DNA from: a virus
Lineage: Duplodnaviria > Caudoviricetes
Strand: one strand, 5' to 3'
Virus record (IMG/VR): IMGVR_UViG_3300001687_001195
Span: 1 to 64,000 of that record
DNA length: 64,000 nucleotides
The notes beneath the pieces are model-generated. The model did no database searches and was not told the DNA's origin. It saw only the letters and a program-made list of their open reading frames with translations. Positions 1-9,868 of this stretch are shown one piece after another; position 1 is the first letter of the stretch; each line of letters starts with the position of its first letter. Both the position numbers and the translations under genes were made by a program.

Positions 1-897
1 ATGGCAATCACCTGGATTTTAGGAGACAATGAAGTTCTTCGTAGGAATGCCATTCGATCGATTTGTGAACGTTTCCGGAAGCAACATCCAGGTGCTTTAC
101 AGAAGGAATTGCGTCAACCCCGATCTAAGAAAAAAGTGATGCAATGGGCGAGTCAACCGGACTTAGTACCTGCGGTCTATATCATTGAGGGATTTTCTTT
201 TTTGAAGTCTTGGGAAACGATGGGGTATGACCTCAATGCATTGGGTAAAGAAATTATATTGATTACAACGGATCCTGCATGGAAAGCGAAAGAACGAATC
301 CATGCACGCATTAGACAAGTTGGTACAGTGATTGAGTGTCCTGTAATGAAGCATTTTGGCATCAATCCTGTTCAGTACATAGATGAGCGAGCGAAATTTT
401 ATGGCTTACGCATTACTCCAGCGTTGGCATGGGAAGTATTTGCATGTGCCGGGAGGGATTCATGGCGAGTGGAGATGGAGGTACTGAAGCTACGTTACCT
501 CGATCCAGAGAGCTATGATAAGGCGTATCCATTTGTCCTTTATCGCCATCCTGATAGAGATCCTGATTTCCAATCCTTTTTATATTCAGATGTAGTTAGC
601 TTTTCGCAGTCTTGTGATGGCGTGAATGCGTGGACATTGATATGGAAATTGATTGATTTCTGTTTTCGTATGTTTGATTACAGAGAAACGTACGATAAGC
701 AAGGAAATCTAAAGGGTAAGGTTGCTCGGCAACAACAAAGTCGTTTGGAAGGGCAAGTACTACTATTCAGTGAAGCGCAGCTAAATGATTTACTGGCTGA
801 ACTAGTAGGCATTTTTCCGATTGTTAAGGATCTCGAAATTGAGTCTCCTATTTATAATGCGATGTTGAATTGGCTATGTCGAATGAATCGAAAATAG
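1..897 (+). CDS. holA: DNA polymerase III delta (HolA)-like clamp-loader subunit
   Basis: N-terminal WILGDNEVLRRNAI resembles the delta YLxxGxE start; C-terminal RITPALAWEVFACAGRDSWRVEMEVLKLRYL matches the delta helical lid (xxxELxKL); no Walker A; dnaN and dnaX lie in the same module. Confidence 0.65.
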   Translation: MAITWILGDNEVLRRNAIRSICERFRKQHPGALQKELRQPRSKKKVMQWASQPDLVPAVYIIEGFSFLKSWETMGYDLNALGKEIILITTDPAWKAKERIHARIRQVGTVIECPVMKHFGINPVQYIDERAKFYGLRITPALAWEVFACAGRDSWRVEMEVLKLRYLDPESYDKAYPFVLYRHPDRDPDFQSFLYSDVVSFSQSCDGVNAWTLIWKLIDFCFRMFDYRETYDKQGNLKGKVARQQQSRLEGQVLLFSEAQLNDLLAELVGIFPIVKDLEIESPIYNAMLNWLCRMNRK

Positions 898-3260
898 CTA
901 GTGTGAGAGAAGATCGCACAGTTGTTTATCCAACTATGGCTGAATGGCAACGGATGCTTGATGCGATCCGAAGCAATGATTTAGTTATCGTTGATTTGGA
1001 AACGTCTTCATTGGATCCGCATACAGGGAAGATTGCAGGAGCCGCTATTCGTGTCGATGGACAAAGCTACTATATTCCAGTGGCGCATATGGGGCTGGAC
1101 TCAAGGAATGTCCCTGATGAAGCTTGGGAAGAATTTTGTGCATATCTGAATGGGGTACCTATCGTTAATCATTTTGTTAAGTTTGACATCAAGTTTCTAA
1201 TTGCTCAAGCGGGGGTTCGTCCTTTGATTCGATCAGATACAGCGTTATTGGCTCATTTTGTAAATTCTGATCAGGATCTTGGGTTGAAGAAGCTCTCTCG
1301 TCGTTGGTTGTCTACGCCTGATCGTAAAAGCTTTACTCAAGTTGCTGGAAAGAGGAATCGGAATGCTTGTAAGATTCCTATTCATCTTATTGCTCCATAC
1401 GCTTGTGATGATGTTGAAGAGGTAGAAACTCTTTTTCAGATGTGGGGACCACTATGGGAAGCTCATCCATTACATCGTCTTGAAATCGCTATTCTAGAAG
1501 ACTTCATTAATGTTGAACTATTTGGGGTGCGTGTTGATTTAGGTAAACTTAAGACGCTTGAACACGAATACAAAGAAAAGTGTGAGCAAGCCAGATTGAA
1601 AGCTCTTGCTGTCTTGGGTTCGGATGTCAATATTGATTCACATGCTCAAGTAGCTAAGGCATTCAAACGCATCGGCGTGGAATTACTATCTAAGACAGAA
1701 GGTGGAGAAGATTCAGTAGCAAGAGATGCGCTTAGTATGGTTGATGGTCCTGGTATTCGAGAATATTTGGAGTACACGGCCCTTGCAAAGATTTTTAATA
1801 CTTATGCAAAGGGTTTGTGGAAGGTTGTTAAAGATGGGATCATTCATCCAAATTTCAAACCATTTCATGCCAGCACAGGCAGGATGAGTTGTGAAGCGCC
1901 TAATCTACAGAATCAACCGAAAAAAGGGCCAATACGCAGTTGCTTCATTGCGCGCGAGGGATACTACCTTGCTGAGAGTGATTTGAAACAAGTGGAATTG
2001 CGCATATTGGCTTCAGAGGCGCAAGCGCCAGTGTTCATAAAAGCTTTTATGGAAGGGCTAGATTTACATCGCGTCATTGCTGGTTTGATGTTGCGCAAGC
2101 CATGGGTTGATGTAACGGACGATGAGAGGGATGCAGCGAAATCATGTAACTTTGGTGTAATCTATGGCATGAGTGCGCATGGATTATCTAAACGTCTTAA
2201 GATCAGTTTGGAGGAAGCGCGTACACTTCTGGACATATTCTTTTCTGTGGATCCTGCAATCTATCAATTTATTCAACGGATGATTTGGCAAGGGCGATAC
2301 AAGGGGATTATTTACACTAAGTTTGGTCGTCCGCGTATCATTCCTCCAGATGGGATTGCAAACACTGACCCAAAGAAAAGGGCATTTTGGGAACATACAT
2401 GTGTCAACACAATCATTCAAGGTACTGCTGCAGACATAAACAAGATCTGCTTTCATCGTATCTGTGAGATGGGCAAACGGCACGGATTTGTACCTTTGCT
2501 AACAGTGCATGACTCTGTTTTGATGGAAGTACCTAATGCGTTATCTCCCGCAGAACATGAGCAGATGGTTAGACAAGCAATGATCTTTCCTATAGATGGG
2601 TATGTTCCTCTCGACATCGATTATGAGTATGGGCAAAATTGGGCTGAACTTAGAAAGATCCATGAGGAACAAAAGGCAATCGACTTTGCAGAAGTACGTA
2701 ATTGTAGTGCTTGTATCATTCGGAAAGAGGCGTATGCTCCAGTACCCCCACAGCAAAATCTCAACGCAGTTGTCATGGTTGTAGGGAGAAATCCGGGCCG
2801 TCAAGAAGATCGACAAGGGTATCCATTTGTACATGAAGCGCCTGCTGGAGCTTTACTAGATCGTATCCTTGTTAATCTTGGACTAGATCGTTCCCAACTA
2901 CATGTAACAAATGTAGTGAAGTGTTTTACCACGATGAATCGACCCCCTACGCCGTACGAGTGTAAATTTTGTGCGGAAACCTGGTTGCATAGGGAAATTG
3001 AAAACATCAAACCGAAAATCATTTTGACATTTGGTAATGAGGCTATGCGAGAAGTTACTGGAATGGGGCATCTATCAATCACAGAAGCGCAGGGAACCCC
3101 CATTCAATTGAAGCATTGTATCGTAATACCGTTACCGCATCCTTCTTATTTATGCCGGAATGCCATGGAAAAGACGATGGTGTTTGATCATGTCTTGCCA
3201 CATGTAGCTTCTCTATTGCAGCAATTTGGGGTGCATGATGGAAGTTGTAAGAAGTTGTAA
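876..3260 (+). CDS. polA: Family A DNA polymerase (3'-5' exonuclease + polymerase) fused to a C-terminal family-4-like uracil-DNA glycosylase
   Basis: ExoI DLETSSLD, ExoII NHFVKFD, ExoIII YACDD; motif A SDLKQVELR, motif B RDAAKSCNFGVIYG, motif C TVHDS; after about nt 2690: CSAC, VMVVGRNPG, NVVKC, ECKFC, LPHPSY. Confidence 0.92.
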   Translation: MSNESKIASVREDRTVVYPTMAEWQRMLDAIRSNDLVIVDLETSSLDPHTGKIAGAAIRVDGQSYYIPVAHMGLDSRNVPDEAWEEFCAYLNGVPIVNHFVKFDIKFLIAQAGVRPLIRSDTALLAHFVNSDQDLGLKKLSRRWLSTPDRKSFTQVAGKRNRNACKIPIHLIAPYACDDVEEVETLFQMWGPLWEAHPLHRLEIAILEDFINVELFGVRVDLGKLKTLEHEYKEKCEQARLKALAVLGSDVNIDSHAQVAKAFKRIGVELLSKTEGGEDSVARDALSMVDGPGIREYLEYTALAKIFNTYAKGLWKVVKDGIIHPNFKPFHASTGRMSCEAPNLQNQPKKGPIRSCFIAREGYYLAESDLKQVELRILASEAQAPVFIKAFMEGLDLHRVIAGLMLRKPWVDVTDDERDAAKSCNFGVIYGMSAHGLSKRLKISLEEARTLLDIFFSVDPAIYQFIQRMIWQGRYKGIIYTKFGRPRIIPPDGIANTDPKKRAFWEHTCVNTIIQGTAADINKICFHRICEMGKRHGFVPLLTVHDSVLMEVPNALSPAEHEQMVRQAMIFPIDGYVPLDIDYEYGQNWAELRKIHEEQKAIDFAEVRNCSACIIRKEAYAPVPPQQNLNAVVMVVGRNPGRQEDRQGYPFVHEAPAGALLDRILVNLGLDRSQLHVTNVVKCFTTMNRPPTPYECKFCAETWLHREIENIKPKIILTFGNEAMREVTGMGHLSITEAQGTPIQLKHCIVIPLPHPSYLCRNAMEKTMVFDHVLPHVASLLQQFGVHDGSCKKL

Positions 3261-3522
3261 GTTAGCTACTGGTGGAATTTTCTTGTCACAAGGCTTTGAA
3301 GTGCGAATCAATGAGGGCGATTGCGTTCAGCATTTTGAGGCGTTTAGAAATCCTGATGGAACTTTGCAGAGCCTATCTATTGATAGACGCATAGCGATCC
3401 TAAATTGGGTCGCTGAATCCCTATTGTTTAGGAGTATAGCGGATACTGGATTTCTTACAGAAGCGCTTCGTAATGAATGGATTGAGTATATAGAACAATT
3501 GCGGTCTCGTGTGAATGGATGA
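3235..3522 (+). CDS. Hypothetical protein
   Basis: Fills the gap between polymerase and next gene, overlapping the polymerase stop; start uncertain. Confidence 0.55.
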   Translation: MMEVVRSCKLATGGIFLSQGFEVRINEGDCVQHFEAFRNPDGTLQSLSIDRRIAILNWVAESLLFRSIADTGFLTEALRNEWIEYIEQLRSRVNG

Positions 3523-4050
3523 ATGGAGTTTGTAATGACTACTCTGATAGAGCATGCGCAAAAGTTGGCGAAATTTTTGGCAGACGTTACTGCTTTCACC
3601 AATGACATGAAGGTGGAAGTTTGTACTGTTAATAACTGGACTGGTTCAGAAATCGCCATGCGCATTGCTCAGTGTAGAGCATACATCAATACCCTAAATG
3701 AATACTGGAAATGGTATCGACGACACGAAGACTTTGCAAGAATGACCTATGAAGTGGAGCGTCTTCGATTAGAGGAGTTGCGAGATCAAATATTGTACGA
3801 TCGTCAGGAAGAAGTTCAGGGGAAAACGAAAGAAGAGAGATTGTTCCGCGCACAGCAGCTTGTAGTTAATGGTGGCTTTGACATGGAAGGCATGAAGAAG
3901 AAAGAATTTTCTCATCATAGTTACAGAACTGCGTTGGATTTGATCGATCGAGATTTGAAGAATTTGGAACGTACGCGGCGCGATTTGGCGATCCAACTGG
4001 AATGTATAAAAGTTGATCGGGGTATGGTGGGTGATGAACTTGCTACTTGA
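3523..4050 (+). CDS. Helical coiled-coil protein, possibly a UvsY-like recombination mediator
   Basis: All-helical charged sequence directly before SSB and RecA; function inferred from position only. Confidence 0.35.
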   Translation: MEFVMTTLIEHAQKLAKFLADVTAFTNDMKVEVCTVNNWTGSEIAMRIAQCRAYINTLNEYWKWYRRHEDFARMTYEVERLRLEELRDQILYDRQEEVQGKTKEERLFRAQQLVVNGGFDMEGMKKKEFSHHSYRTALDLIDRDLKNLERTRRDLAIQLECIKVDRGMVGDELAT

Positions 4051-4060
4051 GGAGTGAATT

Positions 4061-5038
4061 ATGGCAAAACTTGGTGGATGGACCGAATCGCCGTCTGGAG
4101 CGCCTACGCGTTTTAAGTTAGGTGCCGGGCAAGCATGTCGCATTGCTATGCTTGATCAAAAGCCTGAAGTAGAACGTGCCCATTATATAGGCGGGCATTA
4201 TGCTTGCCTCGGGGAACAGTGCCCATTTTGTCATTCTGGTACTGAGGTAGCGGATTGGAAGCTTCGGTATGCAGCGTATATTTTAGTGTATACGCAAGAC
4301 ATGTCTGGGCGTCCGGTTCCTGGCGCTGATGGGCACTATGATGGAGTAATTACTGCCTTTTCGTATTCGCACGATAAGCATACGCAGTTTATCCAACTTG
4401 CTCGTATGTGCGGGGATCCTGTTAACTATGACATTGTTTTGATGTGTCAAGAAGAGCAGTTTCAACGTTATCAGATTTTTCCGGATAACTCTGGAGCCCC
4501 TTTGTGGACTAGAGATGACCAACTGAAAGCGAAGGTCATTGCGGAGTACGCAAAACTACCTAAAGATCTTTCTCAAAAGTGTGCGCGCAAAGTTGGTTTT
4601 GAAGAAGCACAAATGCTTTTGGCAAAGTCAGGTATGCGGCGTAGCATGACTCCTGGCATGATGGCACCTGGATTTGGTATGGGAGGGGGAGTTCCACAAG
4701 GCTTTCAACCTCCTGGAATGGCGGTTCCTGGGCATTTTAGTCCACCTGCTGTTCCTGCGACGATGCCTCCAGCGGTAGCTCCGCCAGCATCGCCACCGGC
4801 ACCGCCCGCGGCTAGTCCTGTTCCTGCAGCGCCAACACCAAATCTTTCTGAACCGGCTGCTACAACGCTTCCTGGGCCTATGGCAGCGCCTCCGGCTACT
4901 CCTGGGCCTGTCGCGGCACCTCCGGCTGCGGCACCTCCGGCTGCGGCACCTCCGGTTGCTCCTGCACAAACCCCGCAGCAAGCGAGGGCTGCTATTGACG
5001 CCTTAATGCATTTACCAACACCACCTTCTACGGAATAG
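4061..5038 (+). CDS. Putative single-stranded DNA-binding protein (gp32-like) with a Pro/Ala-rich disordered tail
   Basis: RFKLGAGQACRIAML..HY..HYACL..CPFC Zn-type N-terminal core, aromatic-rich; located in the replication module; C-terminal ~130 aa low complexity. Confidence 0.6.
   Translation: MAKLGGWTESPSGAPTRFKLGAGQACRIAMLDQKPEVERAHYIGGHYACLGEQCPFCHSGTEVADWKLRYAAYILVYTQDMSGRPVPGADGHYDGVITAFSYSHDKHTQFIQLARMCGDPVNYDIVLMCQEEQFQRYQIFPDNSGAPLWTRDDQLKAKVIAEYAKLPKDLSQKCARKVGFEEAQMLLAKSGMRRSMTPGMMAPGFGMGGGVPQGFQPPGMAVPGHFSPPAVPATMPPAVAPPASPPAPPAASPVPAAPTPNLSEPAATTLPGPMAAPPATPGPVAAPPAAAPPAAAPPVAPAQTPQQARAAIDALMHLPTPPSTE
4913..4957 (+). repeat. Three tandem 15-bp repeats GCGGCACCTCCGGCT (AAPPA)
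   Basis: Read directly; the third copy has one mismatch; a related 30-bp-period unit lies at 4871-4927. Confidence 0.9.
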
Positions 5039-5041
5039 AAA

Positions 5042-5782
5042 ATGTCAATTCGGGTGGTTGGGTTTGATATATCGTTCCGTACTGGATGGGCTATTTTAGT
5101 TCCAAGCGTTGAAGCCAAGTATGGTGCTTATGTGCTTGGTGCTGGAGTAATTGCTAAGGATCGTCCGCCAAAACTTCGGTACAAATTTACGAAGAACGGG
5201 GTACTAGCAGCGCATTACGTTGGAGTAGAGGAACCTTTTCCTACTAAGGGTTCCGGGTACATGATCGAAGTATCAAAACGTGTAGGAGAACTACGATCTT
5301 TGTGTTTGGAACACGAGCGTCCATTACTAGAGGTAGCATCAATTCGTATGCGTTCTTTTGTTCAACCCAGAAGGAACTTCTATATACGATGCTCCAAGTG
5401 TAAGACACGATTGAATCGTTATGGTTCTTCTAAAAAGGCTGAAGAAGCAAAAAAGCGGATGGCTACGTATGCGTTAAAGTGTCCGAATTGCGAATCTAAT
5501 TTTATTCCGAGAGTAGAGGCGGAAGGAAAAGAGCCAGTCATTGCTTTTGCACAATCCATAGAGCCCTGTCTATCTGTGCATGAAGATGATGCAGACGCCA
5601 TTGTGATTGCGTTGATGACAGGATTATATGCGAATGTTTTTCCTATCGAGAGGCTTGAACCATGGCGACGGGAATTAATCCTACGGATGCGGAGCCAAGC
5701 AATACAAAAGCGCCCCATAAAAAGGGTAAAAAGAAAAAAGCCCCGGCTGAATCCACAGGTGTTACTATTTCCCAAGAAATAG
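5042..5782 (+). CDS. RuvC-like Holliday junction resolvase with an inserted zinc ribbon
   Basis: VVGFDISFRTGWAIL, VGVEEPF and DDADAIVIA catalytic pattern; CSKC...CPNC insertion. Confidence 0.7.
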   Translation: MSIRVVGFDISFRTGWAILVPSVEAKYGAYVLGAGVIAKDRPPKLRYKFTKNGVLAAHYVGVEEPFPTKGSGYMIEVSKRVGELRSLCLEHERPLLEVASIRMRSFVQPRRNFYIRCSKCKTRLNRYGSSKKAEEAKKRMATYALKCPNCESNFIPRVEAEGKEPVIAFAQSIEPCLSVHEDDADAIVIALMTGLYANVFPIERLEPWRRELILRMRSQAIQKRPIKRVKRKKPRLNPQVLLFPKK

Positions 5783-6654
5783 TGCCAGTGTCTCAAGATA
5801 TAGATTTTCCCGATCCTGCAAAGCGCGTTACGCCGTTGTTCAATCTTGCTGCTGTTGTAGAAGCGATAAAACAGAAGCAGGGTTCGCAAGCTATAGCAGA
5901 TTTTCGTGGTGGACACATTCAATGGCCAGCTTTTCCATTTATGCTTTCTGCTTTGGATCGAGCAACCTTAATCAATGGTGTTCCTCGTGGGAGGATCGTT
6001 GAAATATTTGGCGAAGAGCATGTAGGGAAAACAACGCTTTGTATGCGATTGGCTGCTGCTGTACAGTCACAAGGCATTCCTGTACTGTGGCAAGACTATG
6101 AGCATGCGCTGGATGTGAATTTTGCACAACGCATGGGCGTTTCTTTTCATGAGCAATTCATGGCCTTTTGTCAGCCAGAATCATTGGAAGAAGGATGTGC
6201 ATTAATCGAGATGGCATTACAGGGCGGATTTCCTGGTTTGATTGTTGTTGATTCTGTCCCTGCTATGCAACCTACGGAAATTTTATCAGCAGCGATTGAT
6301 GACACAGATCGTATTGCGGCGAAAGCGAATGCATTATCTCGTGCTTTGGTGCGAATCATTCGACCATTGGCAGCAACATGGGCAACAATCGTATATGTGA
6401 ATCAACTTCGCACTAAAATTGGAGCGATGGTAAGTAAGTTTACTCCGGAATTTGAAAAGTACACTACGACAGGCGGACTTGCTTTGAAGTTTTACGCATC
6501 AATGCGGTTGCATATGAAGCTGAAACATACAGAGTCATGGGAAAAGAAACATCAACGGTCGCATATTTTAGTGACGACCATTAAGAATAAATTGGGGTGC
6601 CCGTACCAAGAATGTGAATTGGTATTATACCCAGGACAAGGGTTTGCCGGTTAA
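5782..6654 (+). CDS. recA: RecA recombinase (no C-terminal domain)
   Basis: LINGVPRGRIVEIFGEEHVGKTT (Walker A), LIVVDSVPA (Walker B), VNQLRTKIG, TGGLALKFYASMR; GTG start overlaps the upstream TAG. Confidence 0.93.
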   Translation: MPVSQDIDFPDPAKRVTPLFNLAAVVEAIKQKQGSQAIADFRGGHIQWPAFPFMLSALDRATLINGVPRGRIVEIFGEEHVGKTTLCMRLAAAVQSQGIPVLWQDYEHALDVNFAQRMGVSFHEQFMAFCQPESLEEGCALIEMALQGGFPGLIVVDSVPAMQPTEILSAAIDDTDRIAAKANALSRALVRIIRPLAATWATIVYVNQLRTKIGAMVSKFTPEFEKYTTTGGLALKFYASMRLHMKLKHTESWEKKHQRSHILVTTIKNKLGCPYQECELVLYPGQGFAG

Positions 6655-7718
6655 TGCGTTTACAAAGACTTCGCATAATCAATGTCCAGGCTCACATAGA
6701 CTCTGTAATTGAAATCGGTGCAGTAACAACTCTTGTTGGTAATACTAACGCGGGCAAAACTTCGGTATTACGGGCTCTTCGCGGTCTCATAGATAATGCA
6801 CCTATCCGTACATTATTGCGTGATGGCTGCGATCACATGATTGTAGAAGTCACACTTATTTCAGACGAAGATAAAGTGGCGTTAATTTCGTGGAAAAAAG
6901 GTACCAAAGCGAATGAGTATCATGTGGTTGTGGGGCATGATCACGTTGCTTTGCGATCTGTAGGAGCGAAGGCGCCCGATATTGTAGAATCTTTACTACA
7001 GATGGGGGAGAAAGGGGCAAGTCAAGGGGAGCGGTATTATCCTAATTTCCGTACTCAAATTGATCCCCCTCCATTTATCTATACGTCTGAAAGCGAACGA
7101 CTTAATAGACTCACACAAATAAGCGGTATTGGTCGTCTTCAAGCAGCAATGCGTTCATTGCAGAAAGACCTAAAGTCTGTTCATCATGATGTCGAAACCA
7201 CGAGAGCGCAGGAAGAGCAGGAACGAGAAGACTTGAAAGCGTTTCAGGACGTAGAAGCGCGTCTTCGTGGATTAGCTTCTATTAGGGAGTATGTCTCAAA
7301 GGTTTTGCAGCGCTTGCGCATTCAGAAGGATTTGGAACGGTTGTCTGCTTTTCGTCAATCTGTGAAGTCTTTACTTTGGATTGATGAGGAAATGGGCATG
7401 ATCGAAGCTTTAAGAAGATCGCTTAATCTACTGACGCGCGCTGCTTTCTACCGAGATTTATTGATCAAGATTCCAAAAGATTTGAGCGATTGGCATCTGT
7501 ACTTGCTTGGTCTTCTTGAAAAAGTGGCTACTTTACGGAATATGCTGGCTCTAAAAGAGCTTCGGAATAAGGCAGGAATAGCAGAAACCGAGGAAAATAA
7601 CTTGTCGAATTTGCTTGCAGAGCGAATCAAAGAGAGAACTGAGTGGCTTGAAGTCACGAAAACATGTCCTCTTTGTGGGCAGCCCACGACAGCTTTGCGA
7701 GAAAGGGTTTCTGCATGA
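6654..7718 (+). CDS. SbcC/Rad50-like ATPase, N-terminal half (Walker A, coiled coil, zinc hook)
   Basis: MRLQRLRIINVQAHIDSVIE..LVGNTNAGKTSVLRAL; Q-loop region; ends in CPLCGQ; no Walker B. Confidence 0.8.
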   Translation: MRLQRLRIINVQAHIDSVIEIGAVTTLVGNTNAGKTSVLRALRGLIDNAPIRTLLRDGCDHMIVEVTLISDEDKVALISWKKGTKANEYHVVVGHDHVALRSVGAKAPDIVESLLQMGEKGASQGERYYPNFRTQIDPPPFIYTSESERLNRLTQISGIGRLQAAMRSLQKDLKSVHHDVETTRAQEEQEREDLKAFQDVEARLRGLASIREYVSKVLQRLRIQKDLERLSAFRQSVKSLLWIDEEMGMIEALRRSLNLLTRAAFYRDLLIKIPKDLSDWHLYLLGLLEKVATLRNMLALKELRNKAGIAETEENNLSNLLAERIKERTEWLEVTKTCPLCGQPTTALRERVSA

Positions 7719-8740
7719 ATACTGCAGTATCTTGGGAAGAGAAGATGAAGACTCCTACTGTAGCGGAGGAGTTCATTCATCGAACTGAAGGAATGTTCAG
7801 CTATCGTCCTGAAATTTTGACTCCGGATCGTTTTTCCTGGTCGGATGAAGAGAAAGTCATGATGATGGCAATCGACGACCAGAACAAGCTTCCAGTATCG
7901 GAGTCATTCTACAAAACGTTTGGTCTTTCTTTTCGTACTATTGGCAAGCTCTCTTCTAGAGCCCAGGAATTTGTCTGTCGTGATCTAGTATCTGATACCG
8001 GCCTGGAAATGGTTCCGGTACGTTTCGGGGAGCGAGTGATTGGGTTCAATCGTACGCTCACGGAACCAAGATTCACATTTTGGCAGGAATGCAATCATAT
8101 TGCTTCGCAATGGCCGGGTGAGTGGCGATTCGATCGTTTTTCATCCCCGTCTTTACGAGACCCTACTTTCGGGTTTTGGATGCTCAACATTGGAGAGAAC
8201 CTGAACACAGAGGAGTTGCCGCATTACCCCGGTGTTCAGCTTTTTTTTGATCCTACTAGTATGACACATATCGCTAAACGTACAGTTCTTTTTTGCTTGT
8301 CGTGTACAAATGGTCTTGTCCACGTCAAGGGCGCCAAGAGTTTGACGGGTCGTTTTTCTATAGGAGATCCGCATTCTGTTCAGGGGGCTTTCGGAAGGCT
8401 GCGAGAATCCGTGCTTGCCAATGCCAGGCAGATGATGCAAAATGTTCGTCAAGGCGAACACATCATCGTAGATGATTTTGAAGAGAAGCGAGATCCGCTC
8501 ATGCGCATGTTCGGTGTGCGTGATGATACTTCTCTTGAATTGGCGGCTGATCGTCTTCCGGAAAACCGCTATTCTGCGTATGATCTTCAGTACGGCTTGA
8601 CAGAGGTTGCTCAGAGGCTTTCTCGTCGAGACGAAGAACGGGTCAATATGGGCGTGGAACGCATGCTGCAGGAGTTGGTGAACAGTTCAGGGAAACCGTT
8701 CACGCGATTGTTGAAACCTTCTAAGATCAGCAGCAATTAA
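7715..8740 (+). CDS. DUF932-like protein
   Basis: VLFCLSCTNGLV resembles the R-x-x-C-x-N-G motif of DUF932-type phage proteins; C-terminal YDLQYGLTEVAQ. Confidence 0.5.
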   Translation: MNTAVSWEEKMKTPTVAEEFIHRTEGMFSYRPEILTPDRFSWSDEEKVMMMAIDDQNKLPVSESFYKTFGLSFRTIGKLSSRAQEFVCRDLVSDTGLEMVPVRFGERVIGFNRTLTEPRFTFWQECNHIASQWPGEWRFDRFSSPSLRDPTFGFWMLNIGENLNTEELPHYPGVQLFFDPTSMTHIAKRTVLFCLSCTNGLVHVKGAKSLTGRFSIGDPHSVQGAFGRLRESVLANARQMMQNVRQGEHIIVDDFEEKRDPLMRMFGVRDDTSLELAADRLPENRYSAYDLQYGLTEVAQRLSRRDEERVNMGVERMLQELVNSSGKPFTRLLKPSKISSN

Positions 8741-8961
8741 TGCCTTTTCTCGGATCCGAAAACGTCCAGATCGAGGGCGAGCGGATGGTCATAGGTCCGC
8801 TTGCCCGCGGTTTGTACATTTGGGTTCCAGTAGCTTCTGTGTTGAAAGCAATGGAGACTGCAGGGTTTCATCTTGTACCGAGAGAAATGGTACAGTTGAT
8901 TGCGAATCTTGCACAGCAAATGGAAAACGCTGATGACTCTTCGTCTCCTGCTAGTGGCTGA
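8740..8961 (+). CDS. Hypothetical protein
   Basis: TAATG-coupled to the upstream gene. Confidence 0.55.
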   Translation: MPFLGSENVQIEGERMVIGPLARGLYIWVPVASVLKAMETAGFHLVPREMVQLIANLAQQMENADDSSSPASG

Positions 8962-9868
8962 TCCACATATTTCAGACATTCCTCCGGCATCTAGAAATGA
9001 CCAGTATCCTTTGGAGGTATTGGGAAAACTTCATTATGTAATTGGGTATGCAGCACAGCGAGCAGATGGAATAGTGTTTACAGGAGACATTTTCCATCGA
9101 CGGTCGTTCAATGATTACGGGTTGTTAGTAGCAATCATAAATATGTTGAACGAGGCGCGCAGGCAGAAACTAGGGTTTACTGCTTTTTCCATTGTAGGCA
9201 ATCATGATGTCAGTTTGCGCCACTCAGAGTTGAATAAGCAGCCATTTGGATTGTTGGTAGCTTCTGGAGCACTAGTACGCATTCCTAGTACCGGATTGCT
9301 ATTCGGGAATGTTCTTCTTGTAGGTAAAGATTTTGAACGAGTCCCTACGCCTGAGTACTTTTCGGTTTCTGAGCAGTTGGATGCTTTAGTGGCGCAAGAG
9401 GTGAAATGGTCTGTTTTGGTTACTCATGGAAATCTCGTTCCAACGGGTTTTTCAGCACATGGAGATTTCTATCAATATGCGCAGTTAAACCCGCGAGCGG
9501 ATGTTCTTTTGAACGGGCATCTGCATTCTGGGTTTCCAACGATGCGTCATGGAAGAACTTTGTTCATAAACCCAGGAAGCATTGCACGAATCTCCCGCGA
9601 TGATCATCGTGATGAGTTACGAGTGATCTTAGCAACGTTTACCAATGAAGAAATCTTAGTAGAAGATGTGGCGGTGCCGTGTGCTCCATACCAACAGGCA
9701 TTTACAGATACAGTGGCGCTTGTGGACACGGCACCCCACATTGTTGATGTTGACCGTATTGTGTCGCAGTTAAAGTTGGATGTGGGGCACGATACACTGG
9801 AATCTATGGATTTGGATCCAGATGTAAAGCGTGTCGCTATGTACTATCTTGACCAAGCAAAAACGTAA
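8933..9868 (+). CDS. SbcD/Mre11-like metallophosphoesterase nuclease
   Basis: ADPH, TGDIFH, VGNHD, TH and GHLH metallophosphoesterase motifs; FINPGSIAR. Confidence 0.9.
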   Translation: MTLRLLLVADPHISDIPPASRNDQYPLEVLGKLHYVIGYAAQRADGIVFTGDIFHRRSFNDYGLLVAIINMLNEARRQKLGFTAFSIVGNHDVSLRHSELNKQPFGLLVASGALVRIPSTGLLFGNVLLVGKDFERVPTPEYFSVSEQLDALVAQEVKWSVLVTHGNLVPTGFSAHGDFYQYAQLNPRADVLLNGHLHSGFPTMRHGRTLFINPGSIARISRDDHRDELRVILATFTNEEILVEDVAVPCAPYQQAFTDTVALVDTAPHIVDVDRIVSQLKLDVGHDTLESMDLDPDVKRVAMYYLDQAKT

